From positions 1-58,773 of IMG/VR virus record IMGVR_UViG_3300031576_000048: a stretch of 58,773 nt of DNA; one strand, written 5' to 3'. Positions 54,297 through 58,773 of this stretch are shown piece after piece. A program made the translations under genes and the position numbers. The DNA is from a virus (taxonomy: Duplodnaviria > Caudoviricetes). The notes beneath the pieces were generated by a model. The model searched no databases and was not told the origin of the DNA. It worked only from the letters and a program-made list of their open reading frames with translations. Numbering within the stretch: position 1 is the first letter of the stretch; every line of letters starts with the position of its first letter.

Positions 54297-56744
54297 TCAT
54301 GCGTCAATGATTGTCATGTCGCCGGCGTCGATCGTGTCCATGAATCCGGCGTCGATCGTGTCCATGAATCCGGCGTCGATGATCGTGCCGCCCTCGGATA
54401 TCAGCCCGGCAAAAAGAACGCTGACAAATTCGGAGACGCTGATCGATTCAAAAGACGAAACCCCCCCAAAGCCAATGAGCACCAACACCATCTCGGAAAC
54501 TGAGAGCGCCTCGCTCAGGCGCGGCATCGCCTTGAGCCGCGCAAGCGCGAACTCTGTCACAGTCACGTTGTCCACCGGGGCGTTCCCCAATTTTGCATTC
54601 AACGCCATGATGTCGGAAACCGTCACAGCCTCGAAAACAGACACATAGGAACGCAGCCGCGCCGCGATGCTTTCCGTGACGGACACCGTATCGAATGTCG
54701 AGGCGAATTCCTTGAGTTCGAGTCTCAGATTTTCCGCAACGGACACAATGTCGCTCGCCGACGGCATGGCCTTGATGTTCAGCTTGGCTAATTCCGCCAG
54801 CGAAACAAGGTCGCTTGCCGAAGCCTTGCCGACGAGATTGGCGTTGATGGCCTCGGCAATAACGATGGAATCGAACGTGCTCACCATGTTTTTGAGCCGC
54901 ACCGTTATCCCCTCGAGCACCGCGATGGTGTCGCTTACGCTCGGCCTGAACCCGGACGGAATCTGAACGGACACGCCCTCGGCCACCGCGATTTGGTCGA
55001 AAACATTGGGGCGGAGCCTCAAATTGAGCCTCAGTGATTCGGCGACCGAAACGAGGTCGCTCACCGCTGGCTGCAATTTCGTCCTTGCCGCGATCGCCTC
55101 CGCGACTGTGACGGCATCCGAGACTGACGGCATGGCCTTCAGACCCATGGCAACGCTTTCGAGCACGGCGACCGCGTCGGATACGGACTTCATGAGCTTG
55201 AGGTTCATGACGACGCTCTCCGCGATCGTAACGGCGTCGGCCACGCTGGGCTTCAATTGCCTCAAGACAATGACCAAACTTTCGGCGAGCGCCACCGCCT
55301 CGGACACGTTCGGCTGGGCCTTGAGGCGTGCCGTGATCGCCTCCGCAATGGCGATCGCTTCGTTCACTTGCGGCATGTCCTTCAAGTTCGCGGCTATCGC
55401 CTCCGCGAGAACGACCGCGTCAGATCGACTGACAAAATCCCTTTCGTGTCTGCCGATCAGCTCCGTCACTGTCATTGAATCCGAAACGCTGACGGAGAGC
55501 GTCCCGACTGCCGCAGCGCTTCCCCACGCCGTCCACTGGTAAAGCCGAGCGTTGGCGTCCACCGTGGGCCAGTTCCAACGGAATCCGTTCGAGAGCCAAG
55601 CCGTCAAGTCCGCCTGCGCGATGATCGTACCCGCATTGTCGATCTGCACGTAGATCTTCGTGTCGATGGTGCGCATGTCGTCGTTGGTGTTGATCGTCGC
55701 GTCCGCCGCGCACGTGACGGCGTGGTCGACAATGGTTCCCGTGGCTTCGCCTGCGCCTTGGATGATGTGCATCTTCGCGGTCTCGGTGGCATTCGCGGTC
55801 GGGAATCCTGCGACGACCGAACAGCCGACAGGCTCAAACCCTGGGGAGGTGATGTCTTGGTCGCCTGTGGCCGTGGGCCGCGCCTGCTGGCCGAGCGCAA
55901 CCTGGAAGGTGCCGCCCAGAATCACGGCAAAGAACTGGACGCTCCCGTTCGTGGCGAGCGTGTGGTTCAAGACGAATTCGTTATTCGCTGACGATACGAA
56001 ATCGGCCTTGTCCTCGACGACAGGGTTTCCCCCAGCATTGGGGTCGTAGGACGCCCAACACAAGCCGGAGTCCATGTAGCCTTCGCCCCTACTCGCATGT
56101 GTTGTGTTGTCGTCGTCCGCCCAAGCGCATACTTGGCGTTGCGTGCTCGATACGGCTTGGCCGATCCCGGCGGCCATGTCGGCTGCGCCCGTCGTCTCCG
56201 CCGTGTCGAGGCTCGAACCGAGCATGAATCTGTAATACTTGCCCGTGAATCCCCATGTGCCCGTATACGTGCGGTTGCCCGTAACAGCCGCAGCAGGCCC
56301 GGTGAATTTCTCGATGTGCGTGCCCGTGATATCAGTGCCAGCGTAATATTCGTATTTGACAAGAATGTTCACACCAAAGGCAGTCACGCGGTTGATCGTA
56401 AATTTGCCCGCGTCCGCGCCAGTGCCGAAGCTGACGAAATCCGCGTCCCCGTCCTGCGTTGGCGTCCCGTTCGAGAACAAGCGTATGCAGCGCGTGCCGT
56501 CGAATGCGCGTGCCGTGTTCGTCGTGGCTAGGGCGTCATCCCCCGCCCACGCCAGACAGCACCGCTTTGTGGAGGACACGGCCCATCCTTCACCGCCCGA
56601 ATACGCGGCCGAGGCTCCGGCGGCGGTCTGTCGCGTCCACATGAACCGGACAGCCTTTCCTTCCACGCCGCTGCCAGTGTCAATGACAAGGTTGCCCGTG
56701 CCTGCCCCGATTGCAAATTCGCCGCTTACGTAAGTGAGCGCCAT
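54297..56744 (-). CDS. Long virion fibre-like protein with about 22-aa VSDAVAVAE repeats
   Basis: Beta-rich N-terminal half; many periodic repeats; C-terminal IDAG(FMDT) tandem repeats. Confidence 0.7.
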   Translation of the reverse strand: MALTYVSGEFAIGAGTGNLVIDTGSGVEGKAVRFMWTRQTAAGASAAYSGGEGWAVSSTKRCCLAWAGDDALATTNTARAFDGTRCIRLFSNGTPTQDGDADFVSFGTGADAGKFTINRVTAFGVNILVKYEYYAGTDITGTHIEKFTGPAAAVTGNRTYTGTWGFTGKYYRFMLGSSLDTAETTGAADMAAGIGQAVSSTQRQVCAWADDDNTTHASRGEGYMDSGLCWASYDPNAGGNPVVEDKADFVSSANNEFVLNHTLATNGSVQFFAVILGGTFQVALGQQARPTATGDQDITSPGFEPVGCSVVAGFPTANATETAKMHIIQGAGEATGTIVDHAVTCAADATINTNDDMRTIDTKIYVQIDNAGTIIAQADLTAWLSNGFRWNWPTVDANARLYQWTAWGSAAAVGTLSVSVSDSMTVTELIGRHERDFVSRSDAVVLAEAIAANLKDMPQVNEAIAIAEAITARLKAQPNVSEAVALAESLVIVLRQLKPSVADAVTIAESVVMNLKLMKSVSDAVAVLESVAMGLKAMPSVSDAVTVAEAIAARTKLQPAVSDLVSVAESLRLNLRLRPNVFDQIAVAEGVSVQIPSGFRPSVSDTIAVLEGITVRLKNMVSTFDSIVIAEAINANLVGKASASDLVSLAELAKLNIKAMPSASDIVSVAENLRLELKEFASTFDTVSVTESIAARLRSYVSVFEAVTVSDIMALNAKLGNAPVDNVTVTEFALARLKAMPRLSEALSVSEMVLVLIGFGGVSSFESISVSEFVSVLFAGLISEGGTIIDAGFMDTIDAGFMDTIDAGDMTIIDA

Positions 56745-56776
56745 AACGAGAACCAGGAAAAGTTTTGCCACACTAA

Positions 56777-57220
56777 TCAAGCCTCCGCCCAGATGTGCGA
56801 ATTTGAGACCTCGTTCCAAATGCGCCGGAAATCGTCCTGCACTTGGACCATTGTTCCGAGCTTGCGTCTTTCTGAAGCAAGGTCGGGCGGCACCGAATCA
56901 ATCAGTCCATATCGGTAATGGTCGCCGAAGCCGCCGTCGCCCACAAGCCAGACGTGATCGGCAAAAGACACGTCCTCTGGCAGGATGCGCACATAGTTAT
57001 GGATCGCGTACACGCCGCGTTCGGCCACCCAAATCCGGTACTGCTCCTCGAAGAAGAGAACGCAAAAGGTAAGGCCGAGAGCGGGCAGTTGTTCCCACTG
57101 CGTTGCTATGGGCGGCACGCACTTGCGCGTTGTGCTCGCGCCCGTGAGTGGGTTGTAGTACCAGCACTTGACGCCGACAACCCGGCGGTCGCGGTAGTGT
57201 TTCGCGGTCTGGTCGATCAC
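56777..57220 (-). CDS. Hypothetical protein
   Basis: Coupled to the glycosyltransferase stop codon. Confidence 0.55.
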   Translation of the reverse strand: MIDQTAKHYRDRRVVGVKCWYYNPLTGASTTRKCVPPIATQWEQLPALGLTFCVLFFEEQYRIWVAERGVYAIHNYVRILPEDVSFADHVWLVGDGGFGDHYRYGLIDSVPPDLASERRKLGTMVQVQDDFRRIWNEVSNSHIWAEA

Positions 57221-58050
57221 CAGGCTTCTCCCTTGAGTGGATATTGCTTTCCATCCTGCGTAACATGATGGCAGAAGATCGCGGTGTCCACCAAGATTGG
57301 ATAGCGCATTTTCTGGAACTTCGGCCAGCCAGCCTTTTCGAAGATTTTCTTCTTCATCAGTTTCGTGCAGAAGTCAAGATCAGATGTGCCCATCTCTTTT
57401 CTCGCGCCCTGTTCGGGGTCGTACCAAACTTTTTCCGGGAACTCGAATATCTTTCGCGTCTTCATTCCTTGCGCGTCGTACTCCTGCGATTCCTCCCAGA
57501 TCGCCTTCATGATGGAGCGATGCACAAGAAGGACTCCCGTCGGCGCGCCGTCCGCCCACACCTTGTCGCCGATCTTCCACTTCCAGTAGTAGGAATTGCC
57601 CCTGCCGCGGTAGATAAGCGGCTCCGGCGGCGAGCTTTTGGTGAAGTAGAGGCCGGAGACGACCGGAATGTTGGCCTTGCGCATGTACGCATTGAAGAGG
57701 AGAAAGGCGTTTGGGGGAAGAATGACGTCATCCTCAAGAAGAAGCAGCCAGTCGCCACCGCCTTCGATGAACCAGCGCGCGATGATGTTCTGTGCGTTCG
57801 CGATCTCGTAGCCCACGGGCGCGAACGTGTTCATCCAGTGAACGTAGTCCGAGTGCGCCCAGTTGCAGGGGATGATCTGCCCGAACCGCGCGAGCGCCCA
57901 CTCAGCCCGGACGAGTCCCCGCATCGGCGTGCCGATGAAGACGCGCCGCTGCCCGTCCGACTGCCCGCTTGAAAGGATCGGATAGCGATATCTCGGCTTC
58001 GCTTTGCCGTTCGTTTTTGCTCGAACTACCTTGTCGCGGATGGCGATCAT
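57217..58050 (-). CDS. GT-A fold (family 2-like) glycosyltransferase
   Basis: FIGTPMRG, AQNIIA, WLLLLEDDVILP, VVSGLY, SDLDFC, VDTAIFCHH. Confidence 0.8.
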   Translation of the reverse strand: MIAIRDKVVRAKTNGKAKPRYRYPILSSGQSDGQRRVFIGTPMRGLVRAEWALARFGQIIPCNWAHSDYVHWMNTFAPVGYEIANAQNIIARWFIEGGGDWLLLLEDDVILPPNAFLLFNAYMRKANIPVVSGLYFTKSSPPEPLIYRGRGNSYYWKWKIGDKVWADGAPTGVLLVHRSIMKAIWEESQEYDAQGMKTRKIFEFPEKVWYDPEQGARKEMGTSDLDFCTKLMKKKIFEKAGWPKFQKMRYPILVDTAIFCHHVTQDGKQYPLKGEAW

Positions 58051-58544
58051 TTTTCCGCCTCCCCGTTCATGGATATTTTTTCCATCACGACTTCCATGTT
58101 GCCCGTCGTTTGCCAGTTGTTTCTTGCAAGCCGCCAAGGCCTCGGCCTGTAGATTTGGTACAGCGGCTTTGACGGGTCCCAATACGTGAACGTGGCCTCG
58201 TTCGGACACGGATAGTGCGTCGGGTCCTGGTTCGCGCCGAAGGAGGTCGCGTATGGCGTAGAGATTAGAAGCTGTCCGTCGTCCCTCATGACGCGCCATA
58301 TCTCGTCCATCACGTCCATGCGCGCATCCGGCGGGATGTGCTCCCAGAGGTGCGACATGAGCACGGTGTGGCAACACTCGTCCGGCAAGGGCCAAGGAAT
58401 GTCTTTCACGTCGTGCACGATCTCCACGCCGTCCACCGCCCGGCGATCCATGCCGACGAACCCCTTTTGCTTGTTCGAGCCGCAGCCGACATCAAGCTTA
58501 ATTCCGCCCCGACTCTTCAAGAGTTCTTTGAGTTTTCCTCTCAT
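58047..58544 (-). CDS. Class I SAM-dependent methyltransferase (non-DNA type)
   Basis: [29 protein letters not shown]. Confidence 0.85.
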   Translation of the reverse strand: MRGKLKELLKSRGGIKLDVGCGSNKQKGFVGMDRRAVDGVEIVHDVKDIPWPLPDECCHTVLMSHLWEHIPPDARMDVMDEIWRVMRDDGQLLISTPYATSFGANQDPTHYPCPNEATFTYWDPSKPLYQIYRPRPWRLARNNWQTTGNMEVVMEKISMNGEAEK

Positions 58545-58773
58545 GTCTAAACTGTTCGATCCCCGATTCAAGGATGGAGATTCGTTTTCTAAGCTCTGCG
58601 TTTTCTTTTTCAAGTCTGTCAACATCCCTTACATGGTTGAAATGGATTCTTAAATGTTCACCACGAGACGGAACCAATTCCAAATTCTCAATCCTGTTGT
58701 CATTTTTGATCCCATTCTTATGATGAACAAGTTCTTCTTGAAGTAAATATCTTCCAAGATGATCCTCCATGAT
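58498..58773 (-). CDS. HNH homing endonuclease, C-terminal part
   Basis: [18 protein letters not shown] followed by a coiled coil. Confidence 0.85.
   Translation of the reverse strand: MMEDHLGRYLLQEELVHHKNGIKNDNRIENLELVPSRGEHLRIHFNHVRDVDRLEKENAELRKRISILESGIEQFRHERKTQRTLEESGRN
58647..58773. repeat. Terminal overlap identical to 1-127
   Basis: Exact match. Confidence 0.95.

Noticed and set aside
58647-58773. Biological direct terminal repeat
   Set aside because: 127 nt is a common assembler k-mer overlap and it falls in the middle of a gene
1-58773. tRNA or rRNA genes
   Set aside because: No cloverleaf or T-loop consensus noticed in the intergenic regions by eye; tRNAscan-SE would be needed to exclude them

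Overview
The window is an apparently complete, circularly assembled tailed-phage genome of 58,646 bp; bases 1-127 are repeated exactly at 58647-58773. Almost all genes are on the minus strand. Modules: early genes (SNF2/HARP helicase, DUF932, many small ORFs), a Cro-like HTH, RecE/RecT, replication, a DNA-methyltransferase cluster, terminase-portal-MuF-fused Mu-gpT-type capsid, a siphovirus-like tail and lysis genes. No integrase was recognised. A T9SS sorting domain together with canonical TTGACA/TATATT promoters and SD sites suggests an FCB-group host outside Bacteroidia (inference). Main non-routine observations: (1) a split, 12-unit dual-spacer TIGR-type guide-RNA array around an internally deleted Tas/Nop-like gene (25518-26299); (2) a type I hammerhead ribozyme in the capsid operon (2788-2862); (3) a 3.8 kb IS1-family cargo transposon with terminal inverted repeats and an 8-bp target duplication; (4) a MuF protein fused to a HipA/PI3K-like kinase; (5) a signal-peptide beta-helix protein separated from an in-frame T9SS tail by one TGA; (6) a C4-like structured RNA before a replication initiator that appears to start at ATT; (7) a perfect 47-bp inverted repeat around DUF932; (8) three IS200/IS605-TnpB scars; (9) duplicated ParB-methyltransferases, one with an A7 frameshift. 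All protein calls come from motif recognition by eye, not database searches.
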